A DNA stretch of 24,331 nt from Elusimicrobiota bacterium (GCA_043827405.1 JBDRPD010000031.1:1-24331); one strand, 5' to 3'; shown: positions 9,496-18,698, counted from the stretch's first letter. Numbers and translations: made by a program. The notes: generated by a model not told the origin, from the letters alone.

Positions 9496-10979
9496 CCCAA
9501 GCCCCCGGGCACGCCGGTAATGGCGCCGGCCGCCATCCAGGCCAGCTGGTAGAACTTAAGGAAGGCGTTGGGGCTGACGCCGAGGATCAGCGCGCATACC
9601 GCGGTGATCGCCAGCGGCACCCAGTTGGCGGGAGCCGCCTCGTCGAAGCGCAGCTTGCCCTCGCCGGCGAAGAAGGCGCGGTGGACGATCGGAAAGAAGT
9701 AGGCGAAATTGAGGATGGCGCTGGCGACCAGCACGGCGATGAATATCTCATGGCCGGAGTGGATGGCGCCCAGGCCCAGGTTCCACTTGCTGACGAAGCC
9801 CGCGAACAGCGGCACGCCAGCCAGGCCCATGGCGGCGAGGGTGAAGGCGGCGAACGTCACCGGCATGCGCCGGCCCATGCCGTCGAGGTCCGGGATCTCG
9901 GTCTTGTGCGTACGGGTGTAGATGGAGCCGGCGCAGAAGAACAGGGTGATCTTCATGAAGCCGTGCGCGGCGATATGGAAAATCGCGCCGGCCACCGCCG
10001 CGGGCGAGCCCAGCGCGGCGCCCAGCACGATGTAGGAAAGCTGGCTTACGGTGGAGTAGGCGAGCCGCTTCTTGAGGTTGGTCTCGCCCAGCGCGCGCAG
10101 CGAGCCGCCGATAATGGTCGCCGAGGCCAGGCCGGCGATAAACCAGTCGGCCCCGATCTCGCGCAGCAGATTAGGCCCGAAGATATAGCCGGTCACGCGC
10201 ACGCAGCCGAAAGCGCCCGCCTTGACGACGGCCACGGCGTGGAGCAGGGCGCTTACCGGCGTCGGCGCGACCATGGCCGACGGCAGCCAGCCCTGCAGCG
10301 GGAAGATCGCGGCCTTCACCCCGATTCCCAGCATAAAGAGGAACAGCAGCATGCGCAGCTCGCCGTGAGAGAAGCCCGCGCCGGCCAAAAATCCCCCCGG
10401 GGTGAACTCGGCGCCCGGGACCTTGCTCTCGGCCCAGATGAGGGCCAGCAGCAGGGCCTGCCCGGCGACGAGCGTATAGGCGAGGTACTTGCGGCCGCCG
10501 GCGACCGCCTCGTCGGTCCGGTTATGGATGACCAAGGGATAGGTCGCGATGGTCAGGATCTCAAAGAAGATGAAGAAGGTCAAAGTGTTGGCCGCAAAAG
10601 CTATGCCGATGGCGGAAGATACGCAAACCGCGAAGCAGGCGAAGTACATGGTCTGGTTTTTGTAGTTCCCGCCCCGCATATAGCCGACGGAGTAGAGCGA
10701 GGTGAGAATCCACAAGCAGGAAGCGAGCAGGGCGAAGACCATGCCGCAGGCGTCGGCGCGCAGGTGCAGCTTGATGCCGGGACCGATCGCCATGATGACG
10801 GCTTCGGGCGGATATCCCGCCAGCACGTCGGGCAGGAGCGAAAACACGCAGAAGAACATGGCGAAGGCGGCGAGGAAGGTCCAGGTCTCGCGCACGTTGG
10901 GGCGTTTGTCCGACAGCAGGATCAGCGGCACCGCCGCCAGCCCGCACAGCACGGGATAAAGAGGGCGGTAGTCGATCAC
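9492..10979 (-). CDS. mrpD: Mrp-type antiporter-like subunit (MrpD/MrpA-like, second paralogue)
   Basis: FIFFEILTIATYPL, GVKAAIFPLQGWLPSAMVAPTPVSALLHAVAVVKAG, NLKKRLAYSTVSQLSY, GFVSKW. The GTG start at 10979 overlaps the upstream TGA (GTGA). Confidence 0.88.
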   Translation of the reverse strand: MIDYRPLYPVLCGLAAVPLILLSDKRPNVRETWTFLAAFAMFFCVFSLLPDVLAGYPPEAVIMAIGPGIKLHLRADACGMVFALLASCLWILTSLYSVGYMRGGNYKNQTMYFACFAVCVSSAIGIAFAANTLTFFIFFEILTIATYPLVIHNRTDEAVAGGRKYLAYTLVAGQALLLALIWAESKVPGAEFTPGGFLAGAGFSHGELRMLLFLFMLGIGVKAAIFPLQGWLPSAMVAPTPVSALLHAVAVVKAGAFGCVRVTGYIFGPNLLREIGADWFIAGLASATIIGGSLRALGETNLKKRLAYSTVSQLSYIVLGAALGSPAAVAGAIFHIAAHGFMKITLFFCAGSIYTRTHKTEIPDLDGMGRRMPVTFAAFTLAAMGLAGVPLFAGFVSKWNLGLGAIHSGHEIFIAVLVASAILNFAYFFPIVHRAFFAGEGKLRFDEAAPANWVPLAITAVCALILGVSPNAFLKFYQLAWMAAGAITGVPGGLG

Positions 10980-12439
10980 CAGGCGGCCCCCGGTAAAGCG
11001 TAGGTGATGACGGCGTCGACCAGCTGCTGATTGCACAAGCCGATGGCGATCACGAGCGTCGCCAGGATCAGGGAAGGTATGCGGTACGCCGCCGGCGCCT
11101 CCTCCTTGGGCTGATCGCCTACGGGCTTAAAGAGGTAGAACTGCTCGATTACGCGAAAGAAGTAGACGGTATTGAGCAGGCTGCTGATGACCAGGGCGGC
11201 GACAAAAGGCCAGGCCTGCGCCTTGACGGCGCCGGTCGCGAGATAGAGCTTGCTGAAGAAGCCGCAGGTCGGGGGCAGGCCGATCATGGAGATGGCCGCC
11301 GTGGTGAAGGCGGCGCAGGTCCACGGCATGCTCTTGGCCAGGCCGGCGAAATCGGGGATATCGGTCTTGCCGGTGCGCGCGCGGATGCCCGCCACGCACA
11401 TGAACAGGCAGCCTTTCATGACGGCATGATTGATGATATGCAGTATCGCCCCGGTCATGGCGATCATGCCGCCCAGGCCCATGCCGAGCGCCACATAGCC
11501 GATCTGCGCCACGCTCGAATAGGCGAGCATGCGGCGGATATCGCGCTGCGCCAGCGCCATGACCGAGCCGGCAACGACGGTGAACGCCGCCATCCAGCCG
11601 AGGAAGCTGAGCACCGGCTCCGCCGGGCCGCGCGCGGCGAAGACGGTATAGAGGACGCGGATCAGGACATAGGCGGATACCTTCGACATCACCGACGAGA
11701 TAAAAGGGATGACGGAAGGCGGTGAATAGGTGTAGGCGTCGGGCTGCCAGCCGTGCAGCGGGAACAGCGCCATCTTGATGGCCATGCCGGCGAAGATGAA
11801 GGCGAGGCCGCAGACCACGGCCCGGCTCGCATGCAGCTGCGGCAGGAGCGTGCTCATATCGGCCATGTTCAGCGTCCCGGTGGCCGCGTACAGGTAGCCG
11901 AGCCCCAGCACCCAGAAGGTCGCCGCCACGCTGCCGATGATCAGGTAGCGGAACGCGGCCACGCGAGCCTTGTCGCCGCCGTTGGCGACCAGGGCGTAGC
12001 CGGAGAGCGCGGAAATCTCGAGAAAAACGTAGAGGTTGAAGAGGTCGCCGGTGATCGAGATGCCGATGAGCCCGGTGACGAGCAGGAGATACAGCCCGTG
12101 GAAGGCGCCCGCACGCAAACCCGACATCTGCGTCGTCTCGCGCTCGACTCCGAAAACCGTCAGCAGCGCGAAGAACGATACCAGGACGGCCATCAGCCCG
12201 CTGAGCGCGTCGATAGCGAACTCGATGCCCCAGGGCGGGGTCCAGTCGCCGAAGTGATAGTGGATCGGCCCGACGGCCAGCGCCTCCACCAGGATCGCGA
12301 CGGCGAAGCCGAGCACCGCGGTGAGCACCGCGATGCACATGAAGCGCATCCAGCGCACCGAGCGCATGGCGACCAGCGGCGCCAGCATCGCCGCCATCAG
12401 CGGGACGGCAACGATCAGGGCGGGGTACTGGGAGCTCAT
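10976..12439 (-). CDS. mrpD: Mrp-type Na+/H+ antiporter subunit D
   Basis: YHFGDWTPPWGIEFAID, TGDLFNLYVFLEI, AIKMALFPLHGWQPDAY, RRMLAYSSVAQIGY, GFFSK. Confidence 0.92.
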   Translation of the reverse strand: MSSQYPALIVAVPLMAAMLAPLVAMRSVRWMRFMCIAVLTAVLGFAVAILVEALAVGPIHYHFGDWTPPWGIEFAIDALSGLMAVLVSFFALLTVFGVERETTQMSGLRAGAFHGLYLLLVTGLIGISITGDLFNLYVFLEISALSGYALVANGGDKARVAAFRYLIIGSVAATFWVLGLGYLYAATGTLNMADMSTLLPQLHASRAVVCGLAFIFAGMAIKMALFPLHGWQPDAYTYSPPSVIPFISSVMSKVSAYVLIRVLYTVFAARGPAEPVLSFLGWMAAFTVVAGSVMALAQRDIRRMLAYSSVAQIGYVALGMGLGGMIAMTGAILHIINHAVMKGCLFMCVAGIRARTGKTDIPDFAGLAKSMPWTCAAFTTAAISMIGLPPTCGFFSKLYLATGAVKAQAWPFVAALVISSLLNTVYFFRVIEQFYLFKPVGDQPKEEAPAAYRIPSLILATLVIAIGLCNQQLVDAVITYALPGAAW

Positions 12440-12825
12440 TTATCGCTCGCCAGCCTTGCGAGCAGCTCGGGCTCTTCGATGGTGCCGTAGCGGCGATAGA
12501 TGGCGACGATCAGCGCCAGCGCGACGCCGGTGGTGCTGACGCCGACGACGATCGCGGTCAGCATCAAGGCATGCGGCAGGGGGTTGACGTACTGCGCGGC
12601 GTGCACCAAGACGTCCGCCCCGTGCCCGCCGTGGGTCGCGATCACCGGAGCGTCGGCGCCGATCTTCTCGGCGAGGCTGAGGTAGAAGATGATCGCGGCC
12701 ACCTGGAATATGTTCATGGCCATCAGCTTGCGCATGAGGTTGGGCCGCGCCAGCATGCCGTGCACGCCGATCAGCAGCAGAACGGCCACCGCCCAGTAGT
12801 TGACGATGGCGTAGAATCCGCTCAT
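12436..12825 (-). CDS. mrpC: Mrp antiporter subunit C
   Basis: NLMRKLMAMNI and VNPLPHALMLTAIVVG; position in the operon. Confidence 0.92.
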   Translation of the reverse strand: MSGFYAIVNYWAVAVLLLIGVHGMLARPNLMRKLMAMNIFQVAAIIFYLSLAEKIGADAPVIATHGGHGADVLVHAAQYVNPLPHALMLTAIVVGVSTTGVALALIVAIYRRYGTIEEPELLARLASDK

Positions 12826-13259
12826 CCGTGGTCCTCGCGATGGTCGGTCAGGAGGTCGAAGATAAGGACCATGGTTCCCATCACGCCGATGGTCACGCCG
12901 ATCTCGATGCCGAGGATGCCCATGGCGCGGATCTCGGGACGAGCCATGGGCAGCGGCAGCGCGCCGTAGTTGAGGAAGTTGGCGCCGGAGGCGACGCAGG
13001 CCACTCCGATGCCGGCGTAAATCAGGACTCCGAGGACGCCGAGCGCGACGCAGCGCTTGCGGTCCAGGCCCCAGCCGGGCGTGCTGCCGCGTACCAAGCG
13101 CACCAGGATGAGGGCTGAGGCCAGCATGGTGCCGCCCTGAAAGCCCCCGCCCGGGCTGTAATGCCCGTGAAACAGCACGTAGAGCGCGAACAAAAGGATG
13201 TAGGGGACCAGCAGCCGCGCCGCCGCATCGAGGATCTGGCTGCCGAAAGGCCGCTTCAT
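12822..13259 (-). CDS. mrpB: Mrp antiporter subunit B
   Basis: HGHYSPGGGFQGG signature. Confidence 0.92.
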   Translation of the reverse strand: MKRPFGSQILDAAARLLVPYILLFALYVLFHGHYSPGGGFQGGTMLASALILVRLVRGSTPGWGLDRKRCVALGVLGVLIYAGIGVACVASGANFLNYGALPLPMARPEIRAMGILGIEIGVTIGVMGTMVLIFDLLTDHREDHG

Positions 13260-13543
13260 TCCTCGTCCTCCTTGCGGCCGGCGGCGCCGAGAATAATCAG
13301 GCAGGCCAGTCCGGCGGTCAGGATAACCGAGGTCTCGCCCAGAGTATCAAAGCCTCTATAGTCGGCCAGCACCGTGGTCACGATATTGGGAGTCGCCGCG
13401 TCCGCCAGCGAGTTCTCGACATAGTCCGGCGAGATATGGGTCGCGGCGGGCGACTTATCGCTGCCCACCGGCGGCAAATCCTGCGCCGCATAAAACAGCA
13501 CGCCGCCCATGAACAGGACCGCGATAAATGACAGCACCCTCAT
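13256..13543 (-). CDS. Mrp subunit B-related protein (MbhE-like, equivalent to a MrpA C-terminal segment)
   Basis: TPNIVTTVLADYRGFDTLGET signature. Confidence 0.88.
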   Translation of the reverse strand: MRVLSFIAVLFMGGVLFYAAQDLPPVGSDKSPAATHISPDYVENSLADAATPNIVTTVLADYRGFDTLGETSVILTAGLACLIILGAAGRKEDEE

Positions 13544-13791
13544 GGCGAGTCCTTCCGGTTCTTGTGCGAGCGGTGGATGGCGGAGACGAAGAAGACGGTG
13601 GCGATGACGGCGCCGAGCGCCACCTCGGTGAACGCCACGTCGAGGGCGCCGGTGATGGCGTAGAAAGTCGCGGAGAAAAAGCTGAAGGCGCCGAAGAGGA
13701 TGACCGCCGAGAGGAGATCATCCGCCTCCAGCGCGGTGATGGCGGTAATAATGAGGAGCACGAGAAACAGGGTCTCCAGGGGCTGGATCAT
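13540..13791 (-). CDS. Mrp subunit, DUF4040/MbhD-like
   Basis: Starts MIQPLET; DDLLSAVIL..GALDVAFTEVALGA. ATG 13791 is coupled to the mrpG stop (ATGA). Confidence 0.85.
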   Translation of the reverse strand: MIQPLETLFLVLLIITAITALEADDLLSAVILFGAFSFFSATFYAITGALDVAFTEVALGAVIATVFFVSAIHRSHKNRKDSP

Positions 13792-14093
13792 GGCTTCTTG
13801 GTCCAGGGCTTGAGGCCCGCCAGGTGCGCGGCGCGGCCGAGCGCATGCGTGGCCGTCGGATTGGCCAAAGCGATAAAGAACAGGATGGCGAGAATCTTGA
13901 GACTGGTCAAGGTCGCCCCTTCGTAGAGCGCGAGCCCGCCCAGCATCAAAGCCACGCCGAGCGTATCGCACTTGCCCTGGGCGTGCAGGCGGGTATAGAA
14001 ATCGGGCAGCCGCAGGACGCCCAGGATGCCGAAGCAGACGAAGACAAAGCCGGCCGCTATCAGGACCACGGCGGCGATCTCGACCAAGGTCAT
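13788..14093 (-). CDS. mrpG: Mrp antiporter subunit G
   Basis: GVLRLPDFYTRLHAQGKCDTLG..NPTATHALGRAA. Confidence 0.93.
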   Translation of the reverse strand: MTLVEIAAVVLIAAGFVFVCFGILGVLRLPDFYTRLHAQGKCDTLGVALMLGGLALYEGATLTSLKILAILFFIALANPTATHALGRAAHLAGLKPWTKKP

Positions 14094-14362
14094 ACCTTGA
14101 GGTTCCTGCGGCTCTCGAAGAACTTGGCCAGCCCCAGCGTCCCGATAAATCCCACCAGCGCGTAGGTCAGCGCCAGGTCCACCAGCATATCCGCCTTATG
14201 GGTCAGCGAGCCCATGAGCACGAGGAGCACCACGGTCTTGGTGCCGATCAGCCCCAGTCCGATCAGCCGGTCGAAATGCGTCGGGCCGCGCACGACGCGG
14301 TAGAGCGAAAGCAGCATCGCCAAGCCGAGAGCGAGCGCCATGGCGTTGAGGTAGGCGTGCAT
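14090..14362 (-). CDS. mrpF: Mrp antiporter subunit F
   Basis: Starts MHAYLN; YRVVRGPTHFDRLIGL..VDLALTYALVGFIGT. The true start is 14362, not the 14665 given in the ORF track. Confidence 0.92.
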   Translation of the reverse strand: MHAYLNAMALALGLAMLLSLYRVVRGPTHFDRLIGLGLIGTKTVVLLVLMGSLTHKADMLVDLALTYALVGFIGTLGLAKFFESRRNLKV

Positions 14363-14856
14363 CAGCTTTCCCCCCGCTTCTGGAACAGCTCGAACACCCG
14401 CCGCTGCATATCCCCCTCGCCTGCGGCGGGGATCAGGGCTTCGCCGGCGGGCTTGGTCAGGGCATGTACGATATAATCGTCGCCCTGCAGATCGATGGTC
14501 ACCGTGCCCGGCGTCAAGGTGATGGAGTTGGCCAGCGTTAAATGCGCCACCGTATGCGGCAGCTTGCATTTGAAGCGGATAAAGCCGGGATCGATAGGCA
14601 TCTCGGGGGCGAGGACCACCTTCGCCACCTGAACCGCGGAGTCGAAAATCTGCCAGCACAGCCACGGCAGATACGAAAACCAGCCTCTCCAGGTATAGGC
14701 GCGCAGCCCGTAGACGGGAGGTTCGGCGAGCTCAAGACGGTGTGTGAAGTAGGCGACGCCGACGGAACTCAGCAGACCCAGCGAAAGATGGAAAGCATCG
14801 ATCTTACCGGAGAGAATGACCCAGAAGATAAATAGAACGACGCTCATGAGGACCAT
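14362..14856 (-). CDS. mrpE: Mrp antiporter subunit E
   Basis: LANSITLTPGTVTID..YIVHAL. Confidence 0.93.
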   Translation of the reverse strand: MVLMSVVLFIFWVILSGKIDAFHLSLGLLSSVGVAYFTHRLELAEPPVYGLRAYTWRGWFSYLPWLCWQIFDSAVQVAKVVLAPEMPIDPGFIRFKCKLPHTVAHLTLANSITLTPGTVTIDLQGDDYIVHALTKPAGEALIPAAGEGDMQRRVFELFQKRGES

Positions 14857-14909
14857 ACGGTGCGCTATTTAATAATAAATGCCCGCCGAAACACAATATC
14901 GGCTCAGGC

Positions 14910-16547
14910 TCAGCGGTGGGAGCCGCGCGCCATGGGCATGCGGCGCCCGGCGCCGAAAGCCTTGCCCGACACCCGCAGCGCCGGCGGCGCCTGCCGGCGC
15001 TTGTACTCGTTGCGGTCGATCATGCCCAGGATCTTCCCGACGAGCTCGGCGGCATGTCCCCGCTTGACGATAGCGGAGACGTCGAGCCCCTGCTCGACAT
15101 AGGCGGTGAGGATATCGTCGAGCACGTCGTAGGGCGGCAGGTCGTCCTGGTCCTTCTGCTCGGGCTTAAGCTCGGCCGAGGGCGGCTTGTCGATCGTGGC
15201 CTGGGGTATGCGCATGCCGTCGCGGTTAAGCCAGGCGGCGAGCTGGTAGACGGCCGTCTTGGGCAGGTCGGCGATCACCGCGAGGCCGCCGTTCATGTCG
15301 CCGTAGAGCGTGCAGTAGCCGACCGACAGCTCGGACTTATTGCCCGTCGACAAAACCAGTCCGCCGCTCTTGTTGGAAAGCGCCATGAGCAGGCTGCCGC
15401 GCACGCGCGCCTGGATATTCTGCTCGGCGAGGCCGGGCTCGCTGTCGCGGAAAGCCTCCCGCAGCGCCATCAGCATCGAGTTGTAGACATGCGTGATCGG
15501 GATCTGGTAGAGGTTGACGCCGAGCGTCTCGGCGAGCGCTTCCGCGTCGGCGACGCTGCCTTTGGATGAGTGCATCGACGGCATGGAGACCCCGGTCACA
15601 TGCTCGGGGCCGAGCGCGTCGGCCGCCAAGGCGCAGACGACGGCGGAGTCTATCCCCCCCGAAAGGCCGACGATCACGTCGGCGAACCCGCACTTGCGCG
15701 TATAGTCGCGGATGCCGAGGATCAGCGCGCGGGCGACATGCTCGATCTCCACCGGGTCATCCCAGCGGTTCTCGGGGACGCCGGCGTCGGAGTCCACGTA
15801 CAGCAGGTCTTCCGCGAAAGACTTGGCTTGGAGCAGCAGGTGGCCGTCCGGATCGAGCGCGAAGCTGCTGCCGTCGAAAATCAGCTCATCATTGCCGCCG
15901 ACCAGCGAACAGTAGATGAAGGGGCGCTTGGCGCGGACCGCATGGCTCTTGATCAGCTTGCGGCGCAGCGCGACCTTGCCGCGATCGAAGGGCGACGCGG
16001 CGATATTGATCAGGATCTCGGCTCCCGCCTTCACCTGTTCGTCGACGGGGTCCTGCTTGTATATCTGCCGGGGCCGGAAATTCTTGTCGTTCCAGGCGTC
16101 CTCGCAGATCGTCAATCCGATCTTCCGCCCGCGGAAGCTGATCGGGATATTATTGTCCGCCGGCTCGAAGTAGCGCGTCTCGTCGAACACGTCGTAGCTG
16201 GGGATCAGGGTCTTGAAGCGCTTGGCCGCGATCTTCTTTTTATGCAGCAATGCCGCGGCGTTGAACAGCGGCTTTCCCGTTTTGGCGGGATTGGGCTCGG
16301 CATAACCGACCACCAGGCCGGCATCGCCGGATTCGCGCGCCAGCTTCTTGAGAGCGTCCAGGTTGGCGCGAATAAAATCGCTCTGCTCGAGCAGGTCGCA
16401 TGGGGGATAGCCGGTCAGCGTCAGCTCGGGAAAAAGCACCAGCTCGGCGCCATGCTCACAGGCGAGGGCGTAGCGCTCGCGTATCAGCTCCAGGTTCCCC
16501 GCGATGTCTCCGACTGTCGTATTTATTTGCGCCAGCGCGATTCTCAC
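14910..16547 (-). CDS. nadE: Glutamine-dependent NAD+ synthetase
   Basis: Nitrilase-type glutaminase triad (FPEL, FKTLIPSYDVFDE, ICEDAW) plus synthetase motifs GLSGGIDS, NIQAR, STGNKSE, PPSAEL. GTG start with a GGAGG ribosome-binding site. Confidence 0.96.
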   Translation of the reverse strand: MRIALAQINTTVGDIAGNLELIRERYALACEHGAELVLFPELTLTGYPPCDLLEQSDFIRANLDALKKLARESGDAGLVVGYAEPNPAKTGKPLFNAAALLHKKKIAAKRFKTLIPSYDVFDETRYFEPADNNIPISFRGRKIGLTICEDAWNDKNFRPRQIYKQDPVDEQVKAGAEILINIAASPFDRGKVALRRKLIKSHAVRAKRPFIYCSLVGGNDELIFDGSSFALDPDGHLLLQAKSFAEDLLYVDSDAGVPENRWDDPVEIEHVARALILGIRDYTRKCGFADVIVGLSGGIDSAVVCALAADALGPEHVTGVSMPSMHSSKGSVADAEALAETLGVNLYQIPITHVYNSMLMALREAFRDSEPGLAEQNIQARVRGSLLMALSNKSGGLVLSTGNKSELSVGYCTLYGDMNGGLAVIADLPKTAVYQLAAWLNRDGMRIPQATIDKPPSAELKPEQKDQDDLPPYDVLDDILTAYVEQGLDVSAIVKRGHAAELVGKILGMIDRNEYKRRQAPPALRVSGKAFGAGRRMPMARGSHR

Positions 16548-16620
16548 TGTTCCTCCGGATCGTTGGTTATTTAATGTTTTTCGATATGTTTGTGCAATCT
16601 CAATATGCTAATTAAGCAGC

Positions 16621-17874
16621 GTGGCGAAACGTCCGCCGGCATCGGTGCTAAGCAGCGCGTCCGTTTTGGCGGCGGTTTTGCTCCTCGCGTCCGCCTGCGC
16701 GCACCCGCCCAGCTTCGTTAAGAAAAGCAAGTCGATGCGGGCCATGCTCTACCAGCCGGAGGTCCAGCCCTTCACCGACAGCCTCGATTTCGCCTTCGAG
16801 ATCGACCGCAAATGGAAAGGCCCCCTTAAAAACAAGCTCGGCGTCTACCGCTTCACGCATCCGGATGAACGCGCCACCTTCGATATCGTCTACCTTCTCA
16901 ACGGCTCGCCCGGCTGGAAGACGCCGGTCAAGCTGCTGCAGAGCATGCGTGAAAAGGGCTCGATCGAGGACACGCATATCATCGAGGACATGAAGGTCGC
17001 CGCGCGTCCGGCCAAGCGCATCCGCTACACCTCCTACCTCTATGATCCGAAATTTCGTATCGGCGAGAAGCCCGAGGTCCTCTACACGGAGGAGATCGTC
17101 GTTCCCGATCCGACGGGCTATCATCTCCTGCGCTTCCAGGCGCCGCAGCAGAGGTTCTGGTCCGACCGCAAAGCGCTGGGCTATGTCCTCACCTCGATCA
17201 CGCTGGCGGAGCGCAAGGGCGAGAGCAAGGCGGACGCCTTCTCGAGCCTGCGCAAGAAGCAGTCCGTCGGCGACCGGATGCAGATCAATTCGTTTGACCG
17301 GGAGGACGCCGACCGCAAGCGGCGCAAGCGCTACCAGGCGGGCCTGCAGCTGGGGCAGGCGCGGCCGCTGACGCTGGACTCTAAGCTGGACTTCCCCCGG
17401 CTGCTGCGCCCCGGCTACGCGGCGCATGCGCAGTTCATGTATTTCCTGCGCAACCGCTACGGCATCGGCGCCGAGCTGTCCCTGCTGCAGCTCCCCCCCC
17501 GGACCGAGATACTCCTGCCGGGGACTCCGCCCGTCACGCGCAGCGCAGAAGCCAAAGCGACCATACTCTCGGTCGCCGGCCGCCTGCGGCTCAACGAGCT
17601 GCCCCGCTCATCGCCCTACCTGGCGGCCGCGGTGGGCTATTACTCCTTCGAATACTCGCTGAGCGTCAGCGGCCTCGCGAGCACGTCCTTGGCGGGAAAC
17701 CTCAAATCGACGGGAATCGCCCTGGGCTGCGGAGCGGGCTACGAGCTCTTCGTTCACCGCCGCGCGAGCCTGACGCTGGAGGCCCGCTATCAGCAGCTGC
17801 GGCTGGGCAGCGAGTTCTCCAACGGCACGTTTGAAGCCTTCAGCGCGGTTCTCGGCACCCATTACTGGTTCTAG
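16621..17874 (+). CDS. Putative lipoprotein with an N-terminal PsbP/DcrB-like domain fused to a C-terminal outer-membrane beta-barrel (OmpA/OmpW-like)
   Basis: Lipobox-like LLASAC. The C-terminal ~180 aa has alternating beta-strands (YGIGAELS, SPYLAAAVGYY, GAGYELF, SLTLEARY) and ends VLGTHYWF. The domain names are inferred. Confidence 0.7.
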   Translation: MAKRPPASVLSSASVLAAVLLLASACAHPPSFVKKSKSMRAMLYQPEVQPFTDSLDFAFEIDRKWKGPLKNKLGVYRFTHPDERATFDIVYLLNGSPGWKTPVKLLQSMREKGSIEDTHIIEDMKVAARPAKRIRYTSYLYDPKFRIGEKPEVLYTEEIVVPDPTGYHLLRFQAPQQRFWSDRKALGYVLTSITLAERKGESKADAFSSLRKKQSVGDRMQINSFDREDADRKRRKRYQAGLQLGQARPLTLDSKLDFPRLLRPGYAAHAQFMYFLRNRYGIGAELSLLQLPPRTEILLPGTPPVTRSAEAKATILSVAGRLRLNELPRSSPYLAAAVGYYSFEYSLSVSGLASTSLAGNLKSTGIALGCGAGYELFVHRRASLTLEARYQQLRLGSEFSNGTFEAFSAVLGTHYWF

Positions 17875-17888
17875 GCTGAATCCGCGCA

Positions 17889-17984
17889 TAGGCCTTTGGG
17901 CCCACTCCATGCTGGGCCCTAAGCGTAATTCAAATTGGGCCCAATGCCCCTCCTATTATCCCCCCATCCCGCTACACTGGAAGC
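17889..17984 (+). promoter_or_regulatory. Triple GGGCC-box array plus -10 (TACACT) upstream of the PilZ gene
   Basis: TAGGCC 17889, TGGGCC 17913, TGGGCC 17936; TACACT at 17973-17978, 6 nt before the ATG. Confidence 0.6.
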
Positions 17985-18545
17985 ATGAAGATTTCGGCCT
18001 CGTTTGCCGACCCCTCGGCATCAGCGGTTAACCCCGCCGAACAGCGCCGTTCAACGCGTTACAGCAGCGATTTTCGCATCTCTATGCTGGACGTCGAGAA
18101 CCGGCCCGCGGACGAGGCCGTCCGTTTAATAAACCTCAGCGACTCGGGCGTCGGCATAGAAAGCAGCCGCCGCCTGGCGGTCGGCCAGCGTCTGGGCTTT
18201 GAGCTGGCGACCGGATCGGGGACGCCCGTAAGCGCCCAGGCCCGGGTCCGCTGGAGCCAGCCCTCCGGGCACTACTTCAGCTACGGCTTGAAGCTGGAGG
18301 ATATGGGCTATTTCGCCCGCATGCGCCTCGAGAAGTTCCTCAAGCCCCCGGTGTTCGGCCCGCTGGAATGGGCGACCTTGGCGCTGGAAGCGGGCGCGAG
18401 CATGGTCGTGATCCTGATCATCGCGGACTGGCTCAACCGCAGCCCCCACGTCATCTCCGCGCTCACGCCGCTGCTCCCGGTGCTGCTGCCGGCGCTCCTG
18501 CTCGCCGGCCTGGTGAAGCTCTTCGACTTGATCCGCAGCTGCTGA
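17985..18545 (+). CDS. PilZ domain (c-di-GMP-binding) protein with two C-terminal transmembrane helices
   Basis: QRRSTR (RxxxR), NLSDSG (D/NxSxxG), ARVRWS..YGLKL; hydrophobic C-terminal hairpin. Confidence 0.85.
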   Translation: MKISASFADPSASAVNPAEQRRSTRYSSDFRISMLDVENRPADEAVRLINLSDSGVGIESSRRLAVGQRLGFELATGSGTPVSAQARVRWSQPSGHYFSYGLKLEDMGYFARMRLEKFLKPPVFGPLEWATLALEAGASMVVILIIADWLNRSPHVISALTPLLPVLLPALLLAGLVKLFDLIRSC

Positions 18546-18556
18546 CCCCCCCCATC

Positions 18557-18591
18557 CGGCACCCATCAGATACCCCCTCAGGTACCCCATC
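18557..18591. repeat. Degenerate 11-12 bp tandem units flanking palindrome copy 2
   Basis: CGGCACCCATC, AGATACCCCCTC, AGGTACCCCATC, then CGGTACC. Confidence 0.75.
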
Positions 18592-18672
18592 CGGTACCGG
18601 TTTTTAACATTAACATTCCTGTGTACAACTGCGGATTGAGTTCGGGAATGTTAATGTTAAAAACCGGTACCG
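18592..18672. repeat. Palindromic intergenic element, copy 2
   Basis: Perfect 28-bp inverted repeat CGGTACCGGTTTTTAACATTAACATTCC (18592-18619 / 18645-18672) with a 25-nt core; lies between convergent genes. Confidence 0.95.
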
Positions 18673-18698
18673 CCTAAAGCGCGTCGCGGTACCGCTGC

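Noticed and set aside
7601..14856. Energy-converting hydrogenase or complex I operon
   Set aside because: No NiFe, Fe-S or NuoH-like subunits are encoded in the operon, and the MrpE/F/G/B/C set indicates an antiporter.
16548..16620. Rex box or riboswitch upstream of nadE
   Set aside because: Only a TTGTGCA half-site and a short TGCTAATTAAGCA near-palindrome are present; there is no full operator or aptamer structure.
7892..17427. Long antisense ORFs (9681..11003, 15570..16574, 16648..17427 and others)
   Set aside because: Typical high-GC shadow ORFs opposite well-supported genes, with no recognisable motifs.
18635..18662. dif/XerD-like site (TAATGTTAAAA versus TTATGTTAAAT)
   Set aside because: There is no XerC half-site at 6-bp spacing, and the motif is simply part of the repeated arm.
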